This document shows, piece after piece, positions 1-16,793 of a DNA stretch of 64,000 nt. Position 1 is the first letter of the stretch. Each line of letters opens with the position of its first letter. The position numbers and the translations under genes are program-made. The DNA is taken from NCBI GenBank assembly GCA_002269645.1, contig NIVC01001539.1, forward strand, positions 124,034-188,033, given 5' to 3'. Source of the DNA: Macrostomum lignano (Eukaryota). Under the pieces are notes generated by a model. The model was not told the origin of the DNA and searched no databases. It saw nothing but the letters and a program-made list of their open reading frames with translations.

Positions 1-480
1 TGAGAGACAGGGAGAGAGAGTGAGACGGGGTGAGAGAGTGGGACAGGGTGAGAGACAGGGAGAGAGAGTGAGACGGGGTGAGAGATTGGGACAGGGTGAG
101 ACAGTGAGACATGGTGAGAGAGTGAGACGGGGTGAGAGAGTGGGACAGGGTGAGAGACAGGGAGAGAGAGTGAGACGGGGTGAGAGATTGGGACAGGGTG
201 AGACAGTGAGACATGGTGAGAGAGTGAGACGGGGTGAGATAATGAGTCAGGGTGAGAGACAGGGGAAGAGAGTGGGACAGGGTGAGACAGTGAGATATGG
301 TGAGAGAGTGAGACGGGGTGAGATAATGAGTCAGGGTGAGAGACAGGGGAAGAGAGTGGGACAGGGTGAGACAGTGAGATATGGTGAGAGAGTGAGACGG
401 GGTGAGATAATGAGTCAGGGTGAGAGACAGGGGAAGAGAGTGAGACAGGGTGAGACAGTGAGACAAGGTGAGAGAGAGTA
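1..480. repeat. AG-rich short-period satellite (TGAGAGACAGGG / TGAGACGGGG variants)
   Basis: Visible tandem degenerate units. The 20..481 ORF is just the translation of this repeat. Confidence 0.9.
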
Positions 481-861
481 AAAAAAAGCTGACTGCTCTA
501 GACAAAACGATGCTCCAAACTTCGGTGACCATTTCTGCCCAGAAAGGTGCATCAGTTCAGTAAAAAAGGCTACGAATTCTGGTAGTTAATTAAGCAATCA
601 GCTGAACTGGTCTGTCCCAAGTTGGTTTAATTCAGATCGTTAATAAACTCCCGGATTTGCATCGGATCGCTAGGCAGACTTAATTAACGACTCCGCCTGG
701 CTGCCAGTGGAGCAGAGAATGGCGAATCAAATGCAGCTCATCAAAGAGCTCATCAAAAATCTCCTGCTCGTACCCTGCCAACAGTCTAGGATTAAGAAGG
801 TCCGGCCTGTCCTCCAAGCTATGAGACTGCAAGAGTCTGCAAATTTATTCAACTGGCTTTC

Positions 862-1520
862 TGTCCCTGAGTCTCACTGTCTGACCCTGTCTCACTCTCA
901 CACTGTCTCACTCTCACCCTGTCGCACTCTCTCACCCTGTCTCACTCTCTCACCCTGTCTCACTGTCTCGCCCTGCCTCACTCTCTCGCCCCGTCTCACT
1001 CTCTCACCCTGTCTCACTGTCTCGCCCTGTCTCACTCTCACCCTGCCTCACTCTCTCGCCCCGTCTCACTCTCTCGCCCCGTCTCACTCTCTCACCCTGT
1101 CTCACTGTCTCGCCCTGTCTCACTCTCACCCTATCTCACTCTCACCCTGTCTCACTCTCTCGCCCCGTCTCACTCTCTCACCCTGTCTCACTGTCTCGCC
1201 CTGTCTCACTCTCACCCTATCTCACTCTCACCCTGTCTCACTCTCTCACCCTGTCTCATTGTCTGACCCTGTCTCACTCTCACCCTGTCTCACTGTCTGA
1301 CCCTGTCTCACTCTCGCCCTGTCTCACTCTTTCACCCTGTCTCACTCTCACCCTGTCTCACTCTCACCCTGTCTCACTCTCTCACCCTGTCTCACTCTCT
1401 CACCCTCTCTCACCCTATCTCACTCTCTCACCCTATCTCACTCTCTCACCCTATCTCACTCTCTCACCCTATCTCACTCTCTCACCCTGTCTCACTCTCT
1501 CACCCTGTCCCTATTTCACT
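862..1520. repeat. CT-rich satellite, reverse complement of the 1-480 family (CCCTGTCTCACTCTCA variants)
   Basis: Tandem CCCTGTCTCA/CTCTCTCA units, complementary to the array at 1-480. Confidence 0.9.
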
Positions 1521-1751
1521 CATGGTCAGAGCCGTGACCATTAAGTCACGCTACTGATGCTGTCAATCGCACATCAAAACACCAGCAGCCACACAGTTGC
1601 TTGCATCTCGCGCACAAGCCCTACAAGAGACTGTCAGTTCCCCCAGCCCATACTCGTAATTACTTACTTACTTACTACTGACGGGGGGCGCAGGCGCCGC
1701 GAATAGGCCGCGAGGCCCCTATCGCAACCCCAAGGTAAAAGAGCACAAGGA

Positions 1752-6475
<4,724 letters not shown>

Positions 6476-6858
6476 TTAGCGCAGTGCAAGTCTCGCAGTC
6501 TCTCTGGGCTTTGGTCCCCTGTGCCAGCAGTGGATTTCAAACAACCACCAACTGCATTCCAGCTCGGAGTCAGCTGTCTGGCTTGACAACTCGGCCATGA
6601 GAGAGAGAAATGGAGAGGGGGCAAGACAGGATCCGAAAGATGCTGGAATTTTAGCGCGGCAGAATTACGTATCGACAAAGGCGGAGTTTTTCGGACGGTA
6701 CAAGCTAGAACGTTTCACCGGCGGCTCGGAAGAGAGGGGAGGTCAAGGAGGCCCACTAACGACCGTCTGGAGTGCGGTCCTTTCCTCTCAGACCTTAGTT
6801 TTCAGACAATTACTTACACAGTCAAAGCTCTTTCAGGGTGTACATGTACAGCTAAAAG

Positions 6859-7132
6859 GAGGTTGTAGCCCAGTGGTTAGAGCGTCGGACTCGCGACTGA
6901 AAGGTCGGGAGTTCGATTCCCGATTCCATTGGAACAATTTGTGTCCTTGAGCAAGACACAAAACTCTGCATTGCTTCAGTTCACTCGGCTGTAAAATGGG
7001 TAATTGAAGATGTGTGTGGCGACCCCCCCCCCCCGGTCCTTGCCTTCAGATGCGCCGCGCAATAGCTGCGGCTGAGCTGTCGGTTGCACATCTGTCTCAA
7101 TTGGAGCAGGTGTAATCAGTTATTATTATATA
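6859..7132 (+). mobile_element. tRNA-derived SINE with CORE-like central domain
   Basis: A box TAGCCCAGTGG (~6866) and B box GTTCGATTCC (6911-6920). Segment 6940-7001 TGTGTCCTTGAGCAAGACAC...GCTTCAGTTCACTCGGCTGTAAAATGGG aligns by eye with the MIR/CORE consensus. TTATTATTATA tail at ~7119-7130. Confidence 0.75.
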
Positions 7133-7879
7133 TTCAGTAGATGGCACTGAATGGAATCCTTAGTGTGTGAAAATCAAGTTCTAGGTCGCGATGATTGCGC
7201 ACTCCAGACTCTCAGTTCTAAATCTCCCTGGCCGAAGGCGGAAACAGCTGCATATGGCACCGGCGCTTCTCTCATTCTTTCCTCCTAAATATTCCCCTTT
7301 TTCCATCCGCTGTTTGGTTGCCATGCCAAGGGGTTGTGTGGAGAGGCGGGGCAAATCCCAAATCCCTTTCCTTCCAAGGGTAAGCGCCCCCCCGCTGACA
7401 TTTCAAAAGCTACCGAGGCCGCCCCCAGCCTCTCCAGCCGGAACACTCGCGCCACTAGCGGCTCGGTAACAGAAACAGCCTCTCTGCAGATGCAGGGGGA
7501 GACTGAGAGAGGGGCGAGTTTTCCGCATTCCAGCAATCTCTGCATAACCCGTGTTGGAAATTCGCGATTGTCCTGCCCCGCCACCCCACGGCTAACAACT
7601 GGCCTCGGTCAGGGTTCGGCCGGCTCGCGAGCGCGCCGCGCCTGCCCGATCATTAGCAGGTTGGAGGCGTCCCGCTGTGCGTTTGGGCTGGGCGGCCGCT
7701 TCCAGCTGCTACTGCCGCCCATCCAGCAATAATATAACAGCTATAATCTGATAGCCATTGTCTGCCCTGATCGGAGCTGCCCCCCTGATTTATTGTGTCC
7801 GCTGATCACCGATTTGTTTCAACTGCTGCCGGCCATATATCACTCTTATAGAGAGCTTCACCGGCGCTGAAGTACCGAA

Positions 7880-8455
7880 GTCTCACCCTCTCACCTGTCT
7901 CACCCTCTCACCTGTCTCACCCTCTCATCTGTCTCACCCTCTCACCTGTCTCACCCTCTCACCTGTCTCTCTCTCACCCTGTCTCTCTTTCACCCTGTCT
8001 CACTGCCACCCTGTCTTACTCTCTCACCCTGTCTCACTCTCACCCTGTCTCACTCTCACCCTGTCTCACTCTCACCCTGTCTCACTCTCACCCTGTCTCA
8101 CTCTCACCCTGTCTCACTCTCACACCCCGTCTCACTGTCTCACCCCGTCTCACTCTCTCACCCTGTCTTACTCTCTCACCCCGTCTCACTGTCTCACCCC
8201 GTCTCACTCTCTCACCCTGTCTCACTGTCTCGCCCCGTCTCACTGTCTTACCCTGTCTCACTCTCTCACCCTGTCTCACTGTCTCACCCAGTCTCACTCT
8301 CTCGCCCCGTCTCACTCTCTCACCCTGTCTCACTGTCTCACCCTGTTTCACTGTCTCGCCCTGTCTCACTCTCTACCCCTGTCTCACTCTCTACCCCTGT
8401 CTCACTCTCACCCTGTCTCACTATCACCCTGTCTCACTCTCAGCCTGTCTAATCT
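7880..8455. repeat. CT-rich satellite, same family as 862-1520
   Basis: Tandem CACCCTGTCTCACTCT units. Confidence 0.9.
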
Positions 8456-9771
8456 CAATTTAAAACACACCAAGACGCGCAAGCCGCAGTGAAGTTGTTA
8501 GTCTACACATACTAAAGACACACGCAATAGAATCGGTGAACATCTTCATGTATTTATATTTAAATATAATTATCATTTCTTTGACATTCCAGCTGACCCA
8601 GCTTAGGTTAGCAATGTCAAATCATACGCCTGTGACGGGACACTTGAGAAAAGTTTGGATGCACAAGCAAACATTTTATCTTATTCAATATTAGCAGAGC
8701 TTATTAATTCATCCATGTTTGAAGCGGTACTGCATAGATACAGAGCTACATATTATTTGTGTGGGGAGACACGGGTGCGCTGGCGGACAAGCAATGACAG
8801 ACAAGAGATTTCTGGGCGCGAAGCGGTGTCAGGGAGGGTGGGGAACCGTTGCTTTATCAAAGCCAAAGCGAAAGAGAAAGATTTAAAAAACACACGGCAC
8901 AGAGAGTGTCCTCAACAAAGACTGACAAACATGTAGTCTTGAGATTTTCAATATTATTTATGCAAAGCGAAAAACTTACAATAGGCAAATAGACGGGTTG
9001 AAACTGAACATCTTTGCTGAGATGTTATTAATTTGTCAATAGCGCTGAGCGCTTGACTGGCGGAGCAAAGTGAACTGTGAATAAACAGGAACAAGAGACC
9101 CTCAGCGGCACTTCAGCAGTCTCTGTCTCTCCCTCTCCCTCTCTCCCTCTCTCCCTCTCTCTCTCGTTAGCGCAAAAATCACCAACAACTCAGAAAGCCA
9201 CCCGCGCCTCAAACAAAAGCAATTGCTGTGTTCAGAATGCGTTCGAGTAGCTTTGAGTTGCTTCGGGAGAGAAACATGTACAGATTATGTGAGCGATGGG
9301 ATTTTGGGAGCGGGAACAATGGCTATCTGACAATGCGACATATTTATATTGTATACCGGCCAAACAATGCCCCTAGAGTTAATACCATGGAAGTTATGGG
9401 AAGTATGCTCGAATGGGATAAAAATTGAGTCATCGAGTCGCCGGCAGGATCCGGGAACGTGGGGGGGGGCGTTGGAGAAGGATGCGGGCCAAGCCAGGTC
9501 CATCCATCATCCTGCTTTCCCGCCGGTGTCTGCGGCGAAACAATGCAGTCTCCGGGTTGCACAAGGGCTAGGGAAGGAAAGGGAGAGACAAAGAGAGAGA
9601 TCGAGAGAGGAGGAGAGTGGGAGAGGGAGAGAGGGAGAGGGAGAGAGAGAGGGAGAGGGGGAGAGAGAGAGTAATCAAGATAGTGTTAAGATGCTCTGTT
9701 AATCCGGGGATTAAGCTGCTCGGTACGAGGGGGAATCGAATGGTTAGGAACAGTCAGTCGGTTTTTCGGCG

Positions 9772-12700
9772 TTACGACAGCAGGTCGGGCGACACAACGG
9801 AGACGCCCTCAGCGGCTACGGCAGCCGCGGCCGCGGCAGCTGCCGCCGCAGCCGCCGCAGTCGAATGATGATGAAGATGATGCTGGTGCTGGTGATGCTG
9901 GTATCCTTGATGATGCGAGCTGGGCCCGACAGCGTGATGATGCAGCGACTGCTGCTGCTGCTGCGGCTGCTGCGACTGTGGCGGCGGCGAAACTGCCTGC
10001 TGGCCGATGCTGCCGCCGCCGTACATGTAGTGGGCCGCCGAGGCGGCATGGGCGGCAGACATCATCATGTGCGGATGCTGGAAGCCGGCCAGCATGTCCT
10101 GGCCAGGGTAGGCCGCGTGATGATAACCCTGGTAGGACAGGGCGGCCGCCGCTGCCGCGCTGGGGAAGCCTGCGGATTGTGAGCGATGTGGATTTATGGT
10201 TTGGGATCTGGGATCTGGAATCTGGAATTTGGGATATGAGATTTGGGATCTGGTATTGGGGATCTGGGATTTGGGATGTGGGATTTGGGATCTGGGATTT
10301 GGGATCTGGGATTTGGGATGTGGGATTTGGGATCTGGGATTTGGGATCTGGGGTTTGGGATCTTTGGCTGAATCACAAATGTACTGCTTTATATTTAAGT
10401 TTGAATTTTGATGGTTGATTATCTCAGTCGATAGAAAGGCCAATTCTCACCTGCTCTGCCGTAGGCCAGCTGCTGCGTCTCCATGGCATAGGGCGAATAG
10501 GCGGCTTCTTCTGGACTGTAGCCGTGGGGTCCTGAGGTTCGGGATTGTTGCAAGAGATTATGAATTTATCACGGGAATTCGGGTCCTAAATGGCCAATAA
10601 TTATTTGGAATTGATTGGGGAAATGAATAATGGGACTTATGATTCGGGAATTGAATTCGAGATTTGGAAATCGGATTTGGGATTCGGGAATGGGATTTGG
10701 GATTCGGGAATGGGATTTGGGATTCGGGAATGGGATTTGGGATTCGGGAATGGGATTTGGGATTCAGGAATGGGATTTGGGATTCGGGAATGGGATTTGG
10801 GATTCGGGAATGGGATTTGGGATTCGGGAATGGGATTTGGGATTCGGGAATGGGATTTGGGATTCGGGAATGGGATTTGGGATTCGGGAATGGGATTTGG
10901 GATTCAGGAATGGGATTTGGGATTCGGGAATGGGATTTGGGATTCGAGAATCCAATTTGGGATTTAGTTGGGATTTTCGGGTATGGGACTGGGATTTAGG
11001 TAGCAGGAATTGTGGAATTTAAGAACGAAATTTTCTTGTTTGAAATCAGTTTTTGAATTTGATAAATTGTGACAAATTTTTCCGATTTAAAATTTGTTTT
11101 TTTTCAATTGCTACAAGTTCAGCTGCCGTCTGCAGTGCCAACAGCCCAGCTGTCCGAATCCCACCCGCTGCCCCGTTGTCGGATTTGATTTTGCTGTGAG
11201 ATCCTTGAGCAGGATATTGGGCGCGATGAGGTTGTGACAGATTTATGAGCTCCGGGCGGTCAGCAGTGGGGATCACCTGGGGGGAGCGGCTCTTCCGCCA
11301 TTGATTTTCCATTTTCTAGCGTGTTTTTTTCAGTTTCAGAAAAACTCGTCAGTTTTTTTGCTGACTCTTTTTCTAAAATTGTCTGTCTTTCTCTCGCTGA
11401 GGGGGGGGGCAGCGGATCCGAACCCCAGCCCCCCCCCCGCTTTCAGACAATTGTAAGCTATGCATCTGCCCATGCCAGCCTGGTTTTTGAAAAGCTAGAT
11501 TGGCCAATTGCATTCGACGTAGAAAAATAAAATTTTGTTTTAATTGACTAAACAGTGACTTTAAGAGGGAGCGGAGGGAGCGGAGGGAGCGGAGGGAGCG
11601 GAGGGAGCGGAGGGAGCGGAGGGAGCGGAGGGAGCGGAGGGAGCGGAGGGAGCGGAGGGAGAGTAGGGAGCGGAGGGAGCGGAGGGAGCGGAGGGAGCGG
11701 AGGGAGCGGAGGGAGCGGAGGGAGAGTAGGGAGCGGAGGGAGCGGAGGGAGCGGAGGGAGCGGAGGGAGCGGAGGGAGCGGAGGGAGCGGAGAGAGCGGA
11801 GAGAGCGGAGGGAGCGGAGGGAGCGGAGGGAGCGGAGGGAGCGGAGGGAGCGGAGGGAGCGGAGGGAGCGGAGGGAGCGGAGGGAGCGGAGGGAGCGGAG
11901 GGAGCGGAGGGAGCGGAGGGAGCGGAGGGAGCGGAGGGAGCGGAGGGAGCGGAGGGAGCGGAGGGAGCGGAGGGAGCGGAGGGAGCGGAGGGAGCGGAGG
12001 GAGCGGAGGGAGCGGAGGGAGCGGAGGGAGCGGAGGGAGCGGAGGGAGCGGAGGGAGCGGAGGGAGCGGAGGGAGCGGAGGGAGCGGAGGGAGCGGAGGG
12101 AGCGGAGGGAGCGGAGGGAGCGGAGGGAGCGGAGGGAGCGGAGGGAGCGGAGGGAGCGGAGGGAGCGGAGGGAGCGGAGGGAGCGGAGGGAGCGGAGGGA
12201 GCGGAGGGAGCGGAGGGAGCGGAGGGAGCGGAGGGAGCGGAGGGAGCGGAGGGAGCGGAGGGAGCGGAGGGAGCGGAGGGAGCGGAGGGAGCGGAGGGAG
12301 CGGAGGGAGCGGAAGCGAAATTCCTGGAATTCAACGATTCGCATCACTAAACAATCAGCCCGCAGTTGTCTGGAAGCAAGGGCTTAGGGGGAAGCTGCTG
12401 CGACTCCAGACTCTGGCCCTGGGTCTCCTTGGGCGGCCACTTTGAGCCCCCATCATTGCAGGAGGCTACAATTCCAAATCCGACTGAGCTTTGAGCAGCC
12501 CCCCCCCCAAAACCCCCGATCCAAGGCCAAGCCCGGCTGGTCCCAAGGCGGAAGTTCAAGCAGCGCGGCCGATCAATCAAAAAAGCGAGGCTGGCGGAGG
12601 TTTGACAATAAAATTGGCGCGCCACCAGCAGCCAGCCATCCAGACAGACACAGGCCGCGCCTGAGTCCGTAATAAGCGGTATCGTTTCACTGGAGCTGCT

Positions 12701-15700
12701 CTCTCTTTCACATGCACACACAGTGAGTGAATAGAGAAGCAGACCATTGCAGAGCGTATTTTTCTGCTGGGTCATTCAGTGGGCGTCATTTCTATGCTAT
12801 CATTGGGGGGGGGGGGGCGACAGTCCTCGGTCTCGCTATGGCACAGTTAATTGGGGGAGGCGAGCTGGTGCGAACTGGGTGGCCCGCCCTGTGTTTATGG
12901 ATAATTATCAATCACTGATAATAATTTATCCCTTTGATTTTTTCCTGCGGTCGCCGGCGGCCAACGGGCAGACGCAAGACAATGAGTGCGAGAGCGGAGT
13001 TGATTTAGGATGCCAGGCTGCGATCCGGTATTTGGGATTTGGGATTTAGGAGCTGGAAGCTTCGAAATATGTCATTTAAGATTGGGATCTGGGATTTGGA
13101 ATATTGGATTTGGGATTTGAGATTATAGATTATGACTTGGGATTTGGAATATTGGATTTTGGATTTGGGATCTGGGATTTGGGATCTGGGGTTTGGGATT
13201 TGGGATCTGGGATTTGGGATCTGGGATTTGGGATCTGGGATTTGGGATCTGGGATTTGGGATCTGGGATTTGGGATCTGGGATTTTGGATTTGGGATCTG
13301 GGATTTGGGATCTGGAATTTGGGATCTGGAATTTGGGATCTGGGATCTGGGATTTGGGATCTGAGATTTGGGATATAGGATTTGGGATCTGGGATCTGGA
13401 ATTTGGGATTTGGGATTTGGGATCTGGGATTTGGGATCTGGGATTTGGGATCTGGGATTTGGGATCTGGGATTTTGGATTTGGGATCTGGGATTTGGGAT
13501 CTGGAATTTGGGATCTGGAATTTGGGATCTGGAATTTGGGATCTGGGATCTGGGATTTGGGATCTGAGATTTGGATATAGGATTTGGGATCTGGGATCTG
13601 GAATTTGGGATTTGGGATTTGGGATCTGGGATCTGAGATTTGGGATATAGGATTTGGGATCTGGGATCTGAGATTTGGGATATAGGATTTGGGATCTGGG
13701 ATCTGAGATTTGGGATATAGGATTTGGGATCTGGGATTTGGGATATAGGATTTGGGATCTGGGATCTGGGATTTGGGATCTGGAATTTTGAATCTGGGAT
13801 TTGGGATTTGTGATCTACGATTTGAATCTGGGATCTGCGATTCGGAATCTGATATTTTGGGTTAAAGTCTATCGTTGAAATATCTTGCATTAGGACTCTT
13901 TGTTTGCAATATTGGTCACTGATTATATTTGAAACAAACAAACATTGTAATTAATCAGTTGGAAAGACAGTCTCACCTGCTCGATTTGATTGGTCAATCA
14001 TTGGCTGGACAATTCTTCTCCTGGCGTTGATGAACCTGAAGAATCGTTAATAATGTCATGTTAGCATACTGTGAGGACAGGTACAGTCAGGTACACAGAT
14101 GCGGGCCGCTCACCAATTGTTCACCTGCAGTATGGTCAGACCGGTGTCCGAGGCCAGCTGTTTCTTCTGCTCCTCAGACGGGTAGGGATGCTGAAATCGG
14201 ATGAGGTTGGGGATTTAGCTGGGTTGATGGTGAGTCCCTGAGAGTTAAAGTATAATTTTCTCCTCACATTGAGATGCTGGAACAGCCAGGCGCGCATAAT
14301 GTTGGTGGCGCATTTCGGGAAGATGCCGCGCTTCTTCTGCCGTTTGGCGCCTTTCTCGTCCGCATCGAGATCGTCCGTGTTCTCGCCGCTGCCCACGGAG
14401 TTGTCCATGCCGTCGCCTGCGGGGCCGTGGAAAATTTGGGTTGAACCTCATATTGGAGCTGAGGCAGCGGAGTGAAGAGGAGGGAGCGGAGATAACAGAA
14501 TGAGCGGAGAGAGCGGAGATAACAGAATGAGCGGAGAGAGCGGAGGGAGCGGATGGAGCGGAGGGAGCGGAGGGAGCGGAGGGAGCGGAGATAACAGAAT
14601 GAGCGGAGAGAGCGGAGGGAGCGGAGGGAGCGGAGAGGGCGGATGGAGCGGAGGGAGCGGAGGGAGTGAAAGGAGCGGAGATAACAGAATGAGCGGAGAG
14701 AGCGGAGGGAGCGGAGGGAGCGGAGAGGGCGGATGGAGCGGAGGGAGCGGAGGGAGTGAAAGGAGCGGAGATAACAGAATGAGCGGAGAGAGCGGAGGGA
14801 GCGGAGAGGGCGGATGGAGCGGAGGGAGCGGAGGGAGTGAAAGGAGCGGAGATAACAGAATGAGCGGAGAGAGCGGAGGAGCGGAGAGGGCGGATGGAGC
14901 GGAGGGAGCGGAGGGAGTGAAAGGAGCGGAGATAACAGAATGAGCGGAGATAGCGGAGGGAGCGGAGGGAGCGGAGAGGGCGGATGGAGCGGAGGGAGCG
15001 GAGGGAGTGAAAGGAGCGGAGATAACAGAATGAGCAGAGGGAGCGGAGGGAGCAGAGGGAGCGGAGGGAGCGGAAGGAGAGTAGGGAGCGGAGTCAGCTT
15101 GGTGAGGGTGGTGGTGAGAAATGCATGGGAGTCCTGAAGTCCGTTACCTACCAAATATCTCTTTCGCAGCTGGTTGGCCATCTTAGGCAGGATATTTTTA
15201 ACAATTTAGTTCACGCGCTTCAAAGCACGGGCTGATTATACGGACTGTCTCTCTTAGCTTTGAGTATCGAGTCACGGCCTCTACCGATTTCGAGTTGTTG
15301 AGGGGTAGTTATAATCGTTTCAAGGTAGAGAGAGGGAGGCAGGGAGCGGCGCCAGTCAATATTTGAGCAAAGTTTGCCGGTGCGCTAAGAGAAACGGGCG
15401 AGAGAGAGAGAGAGGGGTAGAGAGAGAGAGAGAAAGAAGGGAGACGGAGATGGGGCTACAGACCAGTCTGCAGTCTGCCGGTTTCCCAGACTCTCTCCTT
15501 CGTCTCTGTATTTGCGTCGGCCTCTCAAATCGGGACTCTATGGGGTCAGGAGAATCAAGTGGTAACAGAGTCTCAGCAGCGCCCCCCACCAATGTTGACA
15601 TTTGTTGCTAGAGAATCTCTATTACACAATGCATATAAAACTTAGAGGCTGGCCTCTCGTTGGGATTAAGAAGCAATTTGGAGTATCGAAGAGTTGAGTA

Positions 15701-16762
15701 GATTTGAGTAGGGGGGGGGGGTTGCGGCTGGGCAGAGGGGGCCATCCATCACCCCGGGCGTGTACGCATCTGGATTTTGCGAGTTTCGCTCTTCATCAGT
15801 CAGCAGCCTCTTCATCTGTACTCATTTGCACTCATTTGACTTTCTCTACCGAATGCGCTGGCCAGTTTATTAATTCCTTCTCCGAGCTTTTCTTAATCCC
15901 AATCTCCATTAAAACTGGGATTTAAAAAAAACAAATCCCAGGTAACTCAACGCCTGTCACGGACAGCAGCTACAAGGACGCTGATGATGCCGAGCTGTCA
16001 GCGCCAACTTTCAACTGTCTGTCCCAGGCTGTAATCCCCCCCTGGATTATCTAGTCACAGATTATTTACTTTTCTTCACCGAGTGAGTTGATCAGCCGAG
16101 GATGTCTCATTGCGGCGGATCTGCTAATTAACTACTGATTAGACTCTAATCTGCTTAATGAGCCGGCTCCGACTGACCTATGACTGACACATGACTGATC
16201 CATGAATAACACATACTGATCCATGACTGACCCATGACTGACCTATGACTGACACACTACTGACCCATGACTGACCTATGACTGATCCATGACTGAAACA
16301 TGACTGACGCATGACTGACACATGACTGATCCATGACTGATCCATGACTGACACATGACTGACACATGACTGACCTATGACTGATCCATGACTGATCCAT
16401 GACTGACACATGACTGACACATGACTGACACATGACTGACCTATGACTGATCCATGACTGATCCATGACTGACACATGACTGATCCATGACTGACACATT
16501 ACTGACCCATGACTGACACATGACTGACCTGGACTATCCCGGCCAGGGCGCCAGCAGCCCTCCGGCGAATATTATTGTTATTACTACGAGTGACCCACTA
16601 CTGACCCATGACCCAATCAAGACTGACCCATGTCCGAGCTGGTGTCCGGCTGCGAGCAGTGACTGTCCAGCCTGGGTCCGGGCGTGTCGCCTGAGCGAGT
16701 CGACTGCGAGTCGTTGTCGGGCATCGCCATGGGGGCCAACTGGTGCATGGCGAACATCTGCT

Positions 16763-16793
<31 letters not shown>

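Noticed and set aside
6480-6610. HDV-like ribozyme at the LINE 5' end (known from some LOA/R-clade elements)
   Set aside because: I could not fit the P1/P1.1/P2/P3 topology by hand on the element strand, and the TSD places this stretch outside the element. A descriptor search (RNArobo or Infernal) would be needed.
6859-6930. Functional tRNA gene
   Set aside because: A and B boxes are present, but the acceptor and anticodon stems pair poorly and the sequence runs straight into a CORE-like SINE body.
7191-7732. Protein-coding gene in the GC-rich stretch after the SINE
   Set aside because: There are several short overlapping ORFs but no recognisable domain or consistent exon chain. It may hold exons of an unidentified gene, but I cannot support a call.
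11373-12445. Long GSG/SLR/SAP repeat ORFs (also the IWDLG, YGKPL, LSIY, LSVC, LARLAIHS and CQEC ORFs elsewhere in the track)
   Set aside because: They are translations of simple or minisatellite repeats, open in several frames and on both strands, mostly intronic, with no independent coding evidence.
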